Below, one piece after another: positions 20,359 to 29,789 of a DNA stretch of 57,567 nt. The stretch's first letter is position 1; the number at the start of each line of letters is the position of its first letter. Below the pieces are notes generated by a model. The model did not search any database. It was not told the origin of the DNA and saw only the letters and a list, made by a program, of their open reading frames with translations. This DNA is from Pseudomonas phage vB_Pae-SS2019XI. The stretch lies in the sequence record MN536026.1; one strand, written 5' to 3'. The translations under genes and the position numbers were made by a program.

Positions 20359-22565
20359 TGGGAGGTCGCAGCAAGTCAGTCACTACGGGCTACCGCTATC
20401 GGATGGGCGTGCAACTCGCGCTCACCCATGGGCCTATTGATGCAGTCCACCGCTTTATCTACGGGGAGCGCGAGGCTTGGTCAGGTAATGTCACCGACAA
20501 TGCGCAGATATTCGTCAATGCCCCGGAACTGCTCGGAGGTGACAAGCGCGAGGGCGGTGTATCTGGCTACGTCGACCTCATGTTCGGGGGGAAACAGCAG
20601 GGGAAGAACCCCTATCTCCAGCAGTGGATCAACGGCCCACTCCCGGCGTTTCGCGGGATCGTGACGGCTGTTTTCCGGGATTTCCTGTGGTCATCTGGCA
20701 ACCCTTACTTCAAGTCCCCCTGGTTGGAAATCTCGCGGTACACGAAAGGGTGGAGCAGGGATACACCCTGGTATCCCCAGAAAGCCAAGATCGGTGAGGA
20801 CATGAACGGCGTACACATCGTGTACGAGTGCTTGACGAACCTCGAATGGGGGATGGGGTACTCGCCCGACGACATCGACGACGCATCGTTTCGCGCTGCG
20901 GCCGACAAGCTCTACGACGAGAAGTTTGGCCTGTCGCTACTCTGGATGGAGCAGACCTCGATCCTTGAGTTCGTCAAGCTCGTCCTCACCCACTTCGACG
21001 GCTCAATACGTAACGACCCGAAGACCGGTCGTTTCCAGATTCGGTTGATCAGAAACGATTACGACGTCGCCACGCTCGATAAAGAGCTGAGCCCCGCGAA
21101 CGTGATCAAGCTGTCATCCTTCCAGCGCACTGCGTGGGGCGACACCGCGAACGAAGTCATCGTCAAGTACACCGACCGGGACCAGAACGAAACGACGGTG
21201 ACTGTTCACGACCTTGCGAGCATCCAGGCTCAGGGTGCCGTTGTTTCGGTGACCCGGACGTACCCCGGTATTCGCGAACCGACACTGGCGAGGCGTGTCG
21301 CAATGCGCGATCTGAATAACGCCTCCACCCCGCTCGCCAAGATCACGGTCATGGTCAACCGCGTCGCGTGGGACTGGGACGTGACCGATGTCTTCAAGTT
21401 CACATGGCCGAAGCTCGGCCTCAACGGGGTGCCATTCAGGATCATCAAGATCAACAAGGGCAACCTGCTCGACGGGACGATCACTATCGAGGCCCTGGAG
21501 GACATTTTCGGGCTGCCAGCTAACGCATACGTCGCGCAGCAACCGTCAGGCTGGGAGGACCCCATCAACGATCCTCTGCCAGTTGTCGCGCCGCGGGCAA
21601 TCGAGGCACCGTACTGGGACGTGGTCCAGAACCTGGATCCCGCTGACATCGCCTACCTACCCGACGACTATGCGTTTGGTGAAACCCTGGCCGTAAAGCC
21701 GACTGCGGACGCGTACGACTACGACCTCCACGCGAGCGCAAACAACTCTGCGTTCACCGACGTGGGCGACGGGGACTTCACGCCGAGCGGGACGATCACT
21801 GCCGACATCCCCCTCGGTGGCGCCCCGATATCGGTGACGATCAACAACATGAACGGCGTGGATCGAGTCGGCCTGCAGAGCTACGCATACATCGACAACG
21901 AAGCGTTCATCGTCACTGCGGTCAACCCGAGTACCGGGGTGCTCGCCCTTCAGCGCGGCACCCTAGACACCGTCCCAGCTCGGCACTTAGCTGGGGCGCG
22001 CATCTACTTTGCGGACAACGGTTTCGCAGGGTACGACCAGACGCAGCGCACTATCAGTGAGCGGACCTACTACAAAGCGCTGACGCGTACCGGTAAAGGC
22101 ACCTTGAAGCTCGCGCAGACCACCTCGTTCGACGTTGTGTTCTCTGGACGCGCCCAGCGACCTTACCCGCCCGGCAACTGGACGATCAACGGCGCCTACT
22201 TCCCCACTGCGATCTACGGCCCGCTGGCGTCGTCCTGGGCTCACCGAGACCGCACTCAGCAGACCGTGAGCCTGGTGCCTTTCACTACGAGCAGCATCGG
22301 ACCTGAGACCGGAACGACCTACACGTTCCAGGTGTACAGCGGGTCAGTGTTGAAGCGCACTTACTCGGGTCTCACCAGTACGAGCTGGAACTACCCACTA
22401 GCCGACGACACCGCCGACGGCGTCCTGCAGGACCTAAGACTCGTTCTGCAGACCGTTCGAGGTACGGGCGCCACTTCGACGTCCTGGCAGCGGCATGACC
22501 ATGTGATTGACAGACACGGCCTGGGCTTCCACCTGGGCGAAGAACTTGGAGGCGTTTCCGCATGA
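20358..22565 (+). CDS. tail tip / central fibre (host specificity) protein
   Basis: 735 aa, largest tail-tip gene, N-terminal TTGYRYRMGVQLALTHGPID conserved-looking block. Confidence 0.55.
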   Translation: MGGRSKSVTTGYRYRMGVQLALTHGPIDAVHRFIYGEREAWSGNVTDNAQIFVNAPELLGGDKREGGVSGYVDLMFGGKQQGKNPYLQQWINGPLPAFRGIVTAVFRDFLWSSGNPYFKSPWLEISRYTKGWSRDTPWYPQKAKIGEDMNGVHIVYECLTNLEWGMGYSPDDIDDASFRAAADKLYDEKFGLSLLWMEQTSILEFVKLVLTHFDGSIRNDPKTGRFQIRLIRNDYDVATLDKELSPANVIKLSSFQRTAWGDTANEVIVKYTDRDQNETTVTVHDLASIQAQGAVVSVTRTYPGIREPTLARRVAMRDLNNASTPLAKITVMVNRVAWDWDVTDVFKFTWPKLGLNGVPFRIIKINKGNLLDGTITIEALEDIFGLPANAYVAQQPSGWEDPINDPLPVVAPRAIEAPYWDVVQNLDPADIAYLPDDYAFGETLAVKPTADAYDYDLHASANNSAFTDVGDGDFTPSGTITADIPLGGAPISVTINNMNGVDRVGLQSYAYIDNEAFIVTAVNPSTGVLALQRGTLDTVPARHLAGARIYFADNGFAGYDQTQRTISERTYYKALTRTGKGTLKLAQTTSFDVVFSGRAQRPYPPGNWTINGAYFPTAIYGPLASSWAHRDRTQQTVSLVPFTTSSIGPETGTTYTFQVYSGSVLKRTYSGLTSTSWNYPLADDTADGVLQDLRLVLQTVRGTGATSTSWQRHDHVIDRHGLGFHLGEELGGVSA

Positions 22566-23710
22566 GTCTTACCATGGGGCCGAACACCGGCTTACTGATC
22601 AACGGCGCCCCCGGTGAGGGGCATTACAGCGAACTGATCCGCATGTTGCGCTGGGATGACTTCCTGCGCCAACCGGTCGTCAAGGGGCGCGTCGCCACGT
22701 TGCCCACAAGCGGCCAGGTCGAGGGCGACACTTACATTTTCACCGGCAGCGGCGCGAACCAGAACCGAATTGCACGCTGGTGGGCAACAGGTGCGACGAC
22801 GCCCATTTGGGAGTACATGCCGCCACGACTGGGCTGGCGGGTTCAGGTTGCGAACGAGGCCACGCCTGCTGGCCAGGTCAAGACGTATGAGTTCGGGGCC
22901 AGTGGCTGGACGGAACTGGTGGGCGGGATGGCCGACGCGCCGAGCGACGGAAAGGCATATGCCCGCGAAAGCGGCGCCTGGACGGAGCTGGGATCGGCAG
23001 CGAAATCGGCGCTCAACGTTCTGCCGTTCATGAACCTGATGCCCGACATGGGCCGCTTCGCGGGAACCGCAGCCAACCCTCTGGCTACGGTGTTCACAAC
23101 GTCATGGACTCCAAGCACCTTCATCAATGGCTGGAACGGCGCCACCCTCGCAGATGGGGGCAAGTTTGTGTTCGACAACAGCACGAACGGCGGGGCGGGG
23201 CCGGCGCTCAATGCGCGGGTGCAGGCGCTTCTCGCGGCAATGGGCCGGACGTGGACGTCAGTGTCCCGATACGGGGTCGAGTTCTTCACCACGGTGCTGA
23301 CAGCGGGATCGCAGACAACTACCGGCTCGGCCGGCGCGGATGGGGTTACGCGGTATCTGTGCTGCTCCAACGGCAGTAAGACCGTTTTCAACGCGGGCGC
23401 GTGGGCGACGGTCGTCATGTGGTTGCGGGTCGAAAGCGGCTCGGCTCATATCTCGTCGGCGCCTTATACGACCCATCGCCTTTGGATCAATGGCGCTGTC
23501 GCTGCTCCTGGCGTGGTGCTGCCTGCGAACCAATGGGTGCATCTGCGGTTCTCGATGCAGTCATACAACGGCTATGACAACGCGTGTCCGTACATCTACG
23601 CATCCTCCGGGGCTCAGATCGCGTTTGCATGCCCGGCGTGGTTCGGTGGCCTCGTCGATCCGGGTATACACGTTGCACCCATCCTGACAATCAACGGAGC
23701 AAGCGCATGA
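22562..23710 (+). CDS. tail fibre / receptor-binding protein
   Basis: 382 aa, Gly/Ala/Thr/Ser-rich C-terminal half, last large gene of the tail module. Confidence 0.5.
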   Translation: MSLTMGPNTGLLINGAPGEGHYSELIRMLRWDDFLRQPVVKGRVATLPTSGQVEGDTYIFTGSGANQNRIARWWATGATTPIWEYMPPRLGWRVQVANEATPAGQVKTYEFGASGWTELVGGMADAPSDGKAYARESGAWTELGSAAKSALNVLPFMNLMPDMGRFAGTAANPLATVFTTSWTPSTFINGWNGATLADGGKFVFDNSTNGGAGPALNARVQALLAAMGRTWTSVSRYGVEFFTTVLTAGSQTTTGSAGADGVTRYLCCSNGSKTVFNAGAWATVVMWLRVESGSAHISSAPYTTHRLWINGAVAAPGVVLPANQWVHLRFSMQSYNGYDNACPYIYASSGAQIAFACPAWFGGLVDPGIHVAPILTINGASA

Positions 23711-23994
23711 CCATGAAACGAGTCCTACTGAAAGGCGAATTCTTCGCGGAATGGGATGGCACACTGGACGAGGCCGCTGCACTCGCTGGCGTCCCGGTCG
23801 GCGACCTGGCGTTCCATCCCGACGACCTCCTCGCAGAGGTCCAGGAGCTTCGCCGCCAGGCCTATCGCGCGGAGTCCGACCCGCTGCGCCTGGAGGCCGA
23901 GTTTGACGCCATCGCCGCTGGCACCGAGCCGGACCTGGCGGCATGGGTCGCAGCTGTCCAGGCTATCAAGGCGCGGTATCCACTACCTGAATAG
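23707..23994 (+). CDS. possible tail fibre assembly protein
   Basis: 95 aa, ATG 23707 overlaps fibre gene stop (ATGA), position typical of a fibre chaperone. Confidence 0.35.
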   Translation: MTMKRVLLKGEFFAEWDGTLDEAAALAGVPVGDLAFHPDDLLAEVQELRRQAYRAESDPLRLEAEFDAIAAGTEPDLAAWVAAVQAIKARYPLPE

Positions 23995-24000
23995 GTAGTT

Positions 24001-24291
24001 GTGATGGCGTTCTCGTTTTTGCCACGTTCCGAAAGTCTGATATGCGGAGTAGATAGGGCTGTTGGCATGAACGAGGTGCTTAGACGGAGGTTGCGGGCGG
24101 AGCTGCTGGAGGTGGGGCTCCTCAACCAGTGCTGCCTCGATCTGATGGAAGCAATGGAGTCCGAATTCAGCCTCTCGCAGGATCAGCAGGAATGCTTCGA
24201 ACAGCTGAGCCGATTTCTGCAGGAAGGGATTGGCAAGCTGACCGCTCTGTCTGAGCGAGTGGCGGGCGGTGAGATCGTAGTTTTGGCTTAA
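24001..24291 (+). CDS. hypothetical protein
   Basis: 96 aa ORF between the tail and lysis modules. Confidence 0.3.
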   Translation: MMAFSFLPRSESLICGVDRAVGMNEVLRRRLRAELLEVGLLNQCCLDLMEAMESEFSLSQDQQECFEQLSRFLQEGIGKLTALSERVAGGEIVVLA

Positions 24292-24381
24292 CCGGAGGGC
24301 TGACACATGGCGCTTTGCCTCGTAGTGGAGTCGCGGTTATCATCTCAACCAAATGTTGATTTAACTACAAGGAATTGCCTG

Positions 24382-24780
24382 ATGTCAGACAACCTCCGTT
24401 CGCTGGAGTCGACGCATCACCCGAATTTGCGGCTCCCGGACGGGGCGCGCTCTGGCTTCCGGATGGATCTCACAATCAACATCCCAACCATCATCACCCT
24501 GGTCACTCTCGCGACCGGGGTGATCTCTTTCGGTGTCACGACTTACAACGACTTGAACCGAGCCGACGTCGAGCAGAAGCGGGACATCAGCATGCTCCGT
24601 ACTGACGTCGACCGCATCTCGGCCGCACAGGCAAACGTCGCGGCCGAGATGCGACAGGCGACGGACAAGATCCGCGAAGAGAACCGCCAGGACTTCCGCG
24701 AGGTTCGCGCCAGCCTGGACAAGCTAAATGACCGGCTGCAACCCGCTGCCAACAACGCAATGAGAGGCTGGACGAAATGA
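24382..24780 (+). CDS. holin-like protein (single TM, coiled-coil tail)
   Basis: 133 aa from ATG 24382 (AAGGA 8 nt upstream). TM segment INIPTIITLVTLATGVISFGV. Immediately upstream of the endolysin-like gene. Confidence 0.35.
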   Translation: MSDNLRSLESTHHPNLRLPDGARSGFRMDLTINIPTIITLVTLATGVISFGVTTYNDLNRADVEQKRDISMLRTDVDRISAAQANVAAEMRQATDKIREENRQDFREVRASLDKLNDRLQPAANNAMRGWTK

Positions 24781-25484
24781 CAGCAAGACTCCCGCGCAGC
24801 GTGCGGAACAACAACCCAGGCAACATCGAACACAACCCAGCGAACAAGTGGGTCGGCATTCTCACTCCGGAAAAGCGCAACGCCGACCAGCTCGCCGAGC
24901 CGCGTTTCGAGGTGTTCGAGTCCCCTGTCTACGGCTTCCGCGCCCTGGCCATGCTGATGCAGAGCTACCAGGACCGCTACGGTTTGAACACCGTTCGCAA
25001 GATCATCAACCGTTGGGCGCCACCGACCGAGAATGACACTGGGGCTTACGTGGCGGCCGTGGCGGCAGCACTCGGGGTGCGCGGAGACGACGTGATTGAC
25101 GTCCACCAGTACGATTACATGCGCCCGCTGGTGCAGGCTATCGCGGAGCACGAAACGGGCAAGGACCCGCGCACTGGCAAGCTGTATCGCTGGGACCCCG
25201 CGATGATCGACGAGGGCTTGCGGCGTGCAGGCATCTCCAGGCCGGCTCCGCAGGTGGTGAAGGTGCCAGTGACCAAGGAGACGGTCAGCGCCACTGTGGC
25301 CGGAGGTATCGGCGTTGGCCAACTGGCCGATGTGCTACCTGCTGTGTCCTCCGCGATGAGCCAGGCCGATGCTCACATCAGCTCCGGCTCATGGGTCCGC
25401 ATCGCCTTCGGTGTTGCGACCATTGCCGTGGCGGCGTTCATCGCCTATTCGCAAGTTAAGAAGCATCAGGCGGGCCTGGTGTGA
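24777..25484 (+). CDS. endolysin-like peptidoglycan hydrolase with C-terminal TM anchor
   Basis: 235 aa in the endolysin slot. N-terminal RNNNPGNIEHNPANKW motif. C-terminal hydrophobic VRIAFGVATIAVAAFIAY. Family unverified. Confidence 0.4.
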   Translation: MTARLPRSVRNNNPGNIEHNPANKWVGILTPEKRNADQLAEPRFEVFESPVYGFRALAMLMQSYQDRYGLNTVRKIINRWAPPTENDTGAYVAAVAAALGVRGDDVIDVHQYDYMRPLVQAIAEHETGKDPRTGKLYRWDPAMIDEGLRRAGISRPAPQVVKVPVTKETVSATVAGGIGVGQLADVLPAVSSAMSQADAHISSGSWVRIAFGVATIAVAAFIAYSQVKKHQAGLV

Positions 25485-25720
25485 TTTCGAGCCTGCTGTC
25501 GCGCCTACAGAGCGCGCTGCTCACCGCTTTTGCGGTGGCGGCAGTTCTGTTCGGCGCCTACGCCCTCGGCGGGCGAGCGGCCCGCCGGGCTGTCGAACAA
25601 AAGGCCTCTCGCCGGCAGGTCGAGGCCGCGGAGGATCGTCGTGATGTGGATGTGCAGATTGACCGTATGCCTGATGGCGAGTCTGCTGAGCGGCTGCGGG
25701 ACGACTGGTCCCGAGACTGA
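25481..25720 (+). CDS. Rz: i-spanin (Rz-like)
   Basis: 79 aa, N-terminal TM LLTAFAVAAVLFGAYAL then a charged coiled-coil region. GTG start overlaps the upstream stop. Confidence 0.6.
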   Translation: MISSLLSRLQSALLTAFAVAAVLFGAYALGGRAARRAVEQKASRRQVEAAEDRRDVDVQIDRMPDGESAERLRDDWSRD

Positions 25721-25853
25721 CCTCGGCTGCACATGGGCTCGACCGATTTACGTGAGTCGAGCTGATAGCCTCACGAAGGGCACCGCTGACCAGATCCTCG
25801 CCCACAACGAGGCAGGCGCGAAGCGCTGCGGCTGGAAGCGGACGAGTAAATGA
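25644..25853 (+). CDS. Rz1: o-spanin lipoprotein (Rz1-like), starts in +1 frame inside Rz
   Basis: MWMCRLTVCLMASLLSGC with lipobox LSGC. Begins within Rz and extends past its stop (overlapped architecture). Confidence 0.65.
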   Translation: MWMCRLTVCLMASLLSGCGTTGPETDLGCTWARPIYVSRADSLTKGTADQILAHNEAGAKRCGWKRTSK

Positions 25854-26122
25854 TCATCGAGTACGCGGAGGTGCCGGCGGCGCCTTCGGTGGTACGGGCG
25901 GCCGGTCGAGCAGGCGGGTTAACCGCGCCGCCCGCAGGACTGCCATAGCCCCGGAGGGGGTTCGTGCGCAAGTACCGCAGACGTAGACGACCTTTTTACG
26001 TTTTACAATCCGCCAGCCGCACTCCCACTTAAATTCGAGTCCGCACCCCCGGCAGCGTCTCCAGGCGAAGAGAATGAAGCATCGGTGCACCCGGTGCTTT
26101 TCCGCATTGCTTGGTCCTCGCT

Positions 26123-26365
26123 TCATCGCCCGCCTCCCCGGTAATCAAGAACTTGGTTGAGCTGCTCGTGCAGTCGGACCACTTCCAGATGCATCTGCCG
26201 CAGCTTGGAGGCCACTTCGTCGCTCGTAGCACCCCGGCTCACCTCCTTCGTGCTGAACACGTCCTTCACGCGACGATAGGCGTCTTTGGGCGCTCGGATG
26301 GCTGCTTGGATGATCACGGTTTCGGTTGCTGACGGGTATGCCCGCCATTCGATCTTGGGTGTCAT
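26123..26365 (-). CDS. hypothetical small protein (last gene of ATGA-coupled operon)
   Basis: 80 aa from ATG 26365, which overlaps the upstream stop; GGAG upstream. Confidence 0.4.
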   Translation of the reverse strand: MTPKIEWRAYPSATETVIIQAAIRAPKDAYRRVKDVFSTKEVSRGATSDEVASKLRQMHLEVVRLHEQLNQVLDYRGGGR

Positions 26366-26553
26366 TCGAGGTTCTCCAACATGTGTTCTACGACCGCGAG
26401 TGGGTCGCGGCTTGAGGCGATCAGGGGGATGGCGCCGTGCTGTGCCCGCGGCATGCGCTTGAGGCACTTCTTGACGGTGGCTCGCACCCTCGCCGGGTCA
26501 CGGTGTATCCGCGCTGCGAGGGCAATACAGAGGGCGGCATCGAGATAGGTCAT
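26362..26553 (-). CDS. hypothetical small protein
   Basis: 63 aa; start and stop both in ATGA overlaps with neighbours. Confidence 0.4.
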   Translation of the reverse strand: MTYLDAALCIALAARIHRDPARVRATVKKCLKRMPRAQHGAIPLIASSRDPLAVVEHMLENLE

Positions 26554-26783
26554 CGCTTGGTCGCCAGCAGGGTGCGGATGTGTTGGAGCCAGGAGCGGCC
26601 GACCGCTGGAGTTCGCTGCTCGGTCTTCTGGCCGACGGCTGCCGCCTGGCTCGGTTTAACCAGTGTCCAGGTGCTCTCCGCGAGCTTTGGACACTGGGGT
26701 GGGTCGGGGTCGTTGACGTCCCATCCCAGGCCGCACTCGCAGAGGATCTGGTCGCTGTGCTGACGCGCTTTGCAGGTGGTCAT
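26550..26783 (-). CDS. four-Cys small protein (Zn-ribbon-like)
   Basis: 78 aa from ATG 26783 (overlaps upstream stop); Cys spacing C-x10-C-x-C-x15-C. Confidence 0.4.
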   Translation of the reverse strand: MTTCKARQHSDQILCECGLGWDVNDPDPPQCPKLAESTWTLVKPSQAAAVGQKTEQRTPAVGRSWLQHIRTLLATKR

Positions 26784-27175
26784 GTGCGCTCCCCCTTCCA
26801 CTGGAGGTACGCAGACAAACCGACGAGCAGCAGAACGACCATGGCAGAGGCCAGCGGCCAATGGGCGAAGCCGGGGCCGCTGGCGGCGAGGATCCCGGTA
26901 TCGAGCCATGTGAACCTGCGGTCGAGGACGATACGTCGATACCAGAGGTTGGTCTCCGGATGTGGGCAGGGCCCGCGGTCTGGGCAGAGCCGACCCTTCG
27001 GCGCCAGTACGAAACTGGCCTTGTACCGCCTTGGCCCTGGCCAGTCATAGGCGGGAGCCAGGTTGTGCCGCGCTGCGATGCGCCTGATCGCTCTTCGCTC
27101 GAACCAGTTTGCCCGGATATATGCGAAGACGACGGGGCGGCTGCCCAGGCGGACGAACTGCCGGTAGATCCTCAC
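26780..27175 (-). CDS. hypothetical protein with C-terminal TM anchor
   Basis: 131 aa; C-terminal LASAMVVLLLVGLSAYL; ATGA-coupled on both sides. Confidence 0.4.
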   Translation of the reverse strand: MRIYRQFVRLGSRPVVFAYIRANWFERRAIRRIAARHNLAPAYDWPGPRRYKASFVLAPKGRLCPDRGPCPHPETNLWYRRIVLDRRFTWLDTGILAASGPGFAHWPLASAMVVLLLVGLSAYLQWKGERT

Positions 27176-27624
27176 GGCGCACCCCCGATCTTCTGCAGAG
27201 AGGCTCGCGCCACTTCGAACTCGTCGTCATCGCTCGACGGTATGTGCACCTGGCGAACAGGTAGGCCCCTGCGGCGAGCCAGTGCGACCATGTGGGCGGT
27301 CCCTCGGCCGCCGGGGAACGCTACAAGCAGCTTCGCCGGAACCCATTCGAGCATCTCGGCGTTGCGGCGCGGGCCGGCAGACCGCCCGAACGTCATCCAC
27401 TCGGCCGGCACAGCAAGAGCGGCGAGACCGCAGTCCCTGGCCCAGCGTGCGGAGAGTGTGTCCGCGCCAGGGGCGGCACCGTGGACAAGGACGAAGCGGC
27501 GAGTGCCTGCCTTGTTGGATTTGCGGAACTCGCTGAGCACCGCGTTCAAAGCGCCGTAGATCACTTCCTTGTTGGTGAAGTAACGGCCTCCCGTGACCAC
27601 GACGTAATGGGGTTGGCGCGTCAT
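27172..27624 (-). CDS. SLOG/DUF2493 (YspA/DprA-like Rossmann) nucleotide-binding protein
   Basis: 150 aa from ATG 27624 (ATGA overlap with upstream gene). Motifs VVVTGGRYF...RFVLVHGAAPGADTLSARWAR match the DprA/LOG-like SLOG pattern. Confidence 0.5.
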   Translation of the reverse strand: MTRQPHYVVVTGGRYFTNKEVIYGALNAVLSEFRKSNKAGTRRFVLVHGAAPGADTLSARWARDCGLAALAVPAEWMTFGRSAGPRRNAEMLEWVPAKLLVAFPGGRGTAHMVALARRRGLPVRQVHIPSSDDDEFEVARASLQKIGGAP

Positions 27625-27992
27625 GGCTTGGGTCTCCTGGTCTCGTCGAGCCACTGCTGGACTGCACCTGGTATGTCATACGCGGGATTTCCGTAGAACA
27701 CCTGGCGGTAACGTGCACTCATCTCCTGGTGGCTGACCACTCGACCGTCGACGACGTTTGCGCTACTGCCGGGTTCGGATCCAGGGGCGTACCAACCAAG
27801 CTCCTTCTCACGGTCCGTTAGATCCCGTTCCCGGTCGTACGGCCCGATCTCGCTGGCATTACACACCTCGCAGTGGTAGGGGCCGCACTGCTCGTACCCG
27901 ACGCCGATATCTACGAAGTCGGCTCGGCATGTAGCGCCGCAGTACGGGCAACTAATCTCCGGCTCTTTCTCGCCGTACGCGTAGCCGCTCAT
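27621..27992 (-). CDS. Zn-ribbon protein
   Basis: 123 aa, CPYCGATC...CGPYHCEVC. Confidence 0.45.
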   Translation of the reverse strand: MSGYAYGEKEPEISCPYCGATCRADFVDIGVGYEQCGPYHCEVCNASEIGPYDRERDLTDREKELGWYAPGSEPGSSANVVDGRVVSHQEMSARYRQVFYGNPAYDIPGAVQQWLDETRRPKP

Positions 27993-28672
27993 TCGAACTC
28001 CCTCCCACCGTGGATACGGAGTTCAGATTCGACGCGCTCGCCGATGGCGTTGCAGCTTCCCCTTTTGGGCTCCTGCAGGTCTCCCCCTGGTTGCAGACCG
28101 AGGTACTCCCGCCAGGGAACTTTGACCCCATCGACGAGGAAGCCCCAGGTCTCGCGCCATTTCCAGGAAATGAACAGGGTGTAGACGCCGCCATCGCTCA
28201 CCTCACAGATCGAGTGGTACTGACCAGTCTTCAGGGCTGCGGTATCGCCGGCGCGTCGCCAGATAGCCTCCGTGACTTCGATTGCCCCGATTTCACAGCC
28301 GTCAAGGGCCTCCGGTACCCGAGCGATGGCCGCCTGGTAGAGCGGATTGCTCTCGTCGACCAGGCGTTTCTCGATGTACCAGCCCTTCAGGATGATCGTG
28401 CGGGCGTCCCAGGGATGGTCATGAAGGTGCCGGTCGAGGTCTTCCCGGCGAATGTGGTGCACGCGGATCGAGAACGGGATCAGTGGCGCCCAGCGCGGCA
28501 CATTGGTGACGCGGTCGTAGGGGTTGAAGACCCAGTAGCGCTCCATGTACACCGAGCCGTCAGGACTCCGCAGGTGCAAGTACGGCGTGCGCTTTGCGAA
28601 CCGGATGAGGGCGTCTGCGATGCGCGGTTTGGTCAGCAGACGGGCCAGATAACTCCATGCAAAATCAACCAT
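27989..28672 (-). CDS. hypothetical protein with His-rich metal-site-like motif
   Basis: 227 aa from ATG 28672 (GGAGA 9 nt upstream). Motif VHHIRREDLDRHLHDHPWD. Function unknown. Confidence 0.45.
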   Translation of the reverse strand: MVDFAWSYLARLLTKPRIADALIRFAKRTPYLHLRSPDGSVYMERYWVFNPYDRVTNVPRWAPLIPFSIRVHHIRREDLDRHLHDHPWDARTIILKGWYIEKRLVDESNPLYQAAIARVPEALDGCEIGAIEVTEAIWRRAGDTAALKTGQYHSICEVSDGGVYTLFISWKWRETWGFLVDGVKVPWREYLGLQPGGDLQEPKRGSCNAIGERVESELRIHGGREFE

Positions 28673-28698
28673 TTGTTGTATCTCCAGGCGTGATTTAT

Positions 28699-28959
28699 CT
28701 AGTCGGAACCGGGGCCGAGAGACCCGGCATCCCAGATGTTCTTTGCGTCTGCCATGAGCCGGTGGTAGCCGCTTGGCGTGAACTGGTAGCGCTTGGGTGG
28801 CGCTTCGAGCAGCTCGCGCACGATGTTCCTCAGCCCTGGCCGGCGCCCTTCGTCGACCCAACTTAAATCTGCTAAATCAAAGGTTTGTTGTATCTGAGGG
28901 CGAAGAACGCCCTCCGGGGTGATCAGTGCATCCCGGCTCATGCGGATCTCTTCACTCAT
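28699..28959 (-). CDS. hypothetical protein
   Basis: 86 aa from ATG 28959, which overlaps upstream stop (ATGA). Contains the conserved 23-bp DNA motif in frame. Confidence 0.35.
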   Translation of the reverse strand: MSEEIRMSRDALITPEGVLRPQIQQTFDLADLSWVDEGRRPGLRNIVRELLEAPPKRYQFTPSGYHRLMADAKNIWDAGSLGPGSD

Positions 28960-29789
28960 AGGTCGCTCTCCTCGTAGCGCATCCAGGCGTCGTTCGCGCC
29001 GGTACGCCACATGCCGTAGTTCTGTTTGATGATGACGGCCGGCGCATTCCAGTGCTGGCAGGCCTTGTCGAGATCCGCCTCACTGGCAGTCCACTGATCG
29101 CTGTTGCTGTTGGCCGTGGTCTTGATCGGGCGTTGCGGCATCAGGCGTAGGAGACCGCCGCTGAGGTCGGACACAGCCTCTTGCAAGTCGATCTGCCGGA
29201 CGCTCAACTGCAGGCAGTCGGAGCCGCAGATCAGCGAGGTGAGCGGCATTGCGTGATAGACGAGCATCGCGCCGTCCGGCGTTAGGATGCCCTCGACCGC
29301 GGCGCCCAGCATCCAGGAGCGGTCGCCGTTGAAACGAAGGATCGAGGCCAGGTGCTCCAGCTCAGGCGTGAGTCTGTCGATAGCCGCGCCTACAAGCCCC
29401 TTGCGGTCTGTAGTCCAGGGCCAGGGTTTGCCATCGGCAGTGATGGCCGTGATAACTCGCCGGCCGGCGATCTCCGGCTCAACCCAGCAGGAGAACATCG
29501 ACACCGCCGTGCGGCTGTAGGGGACGGCGCTCATGACTTCACCTGGCCACGGGGCCTTGTTCTCGATGAAGCTGATCTGTGGGCTGGCGAGGAAGGTCTG
29601 CAGGTTCATCCGCAGCTTTACCTTGCCGTCTTCCTCTCGCCCCTGAAGCTGTGCGCGGCACATCGGGCAGTTGAACAGGCGCTGGTCATCGGGTGCGTTA
29701 CCGCAGATCTGGTACTTGCAGTAGGGGCAGGGGATGCGCACCTCGCGAGGCCACTGCGGAAACGCGAACAGTTCGAGTTTCGGGCTCAC
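28956..29789 (-). CDS. Zn-finger protein (CPYC...CPMC), acidic C-terminus ...YEESDL
   Basis: 277 aa if started at GTG 29789, which overlaps the TGA of the small upstream ORF (GTGA) and has GGGGG upstream. The table start 29855 is a GTG without RBS. Confidence 0.4.
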   Translation of the reverse strand: MSPKLELFAFPQWPREVRIPCPYCKYQICGNAPDDQRLFNCPMCRAQLQGREEDGKVKLRMNLQTFLASPQISFIENKAPWPGEVMSAVPYSRTAVSMFSCWVEPEIAGRRVITAITADGKPWPWTTDRKGLVGAAIDRLTPELEHLASILRFNGDRSWMLGAAVEGILTPDGAMLVYHAMPLTSLICGSDCLQLSVRQIDLQEAVSDLSGGLLRLMPQRPIKTTANSNSDQWTASEADLDKACQHWNAPAVIIKQNYGMWRTGANDAWMRYEESDL

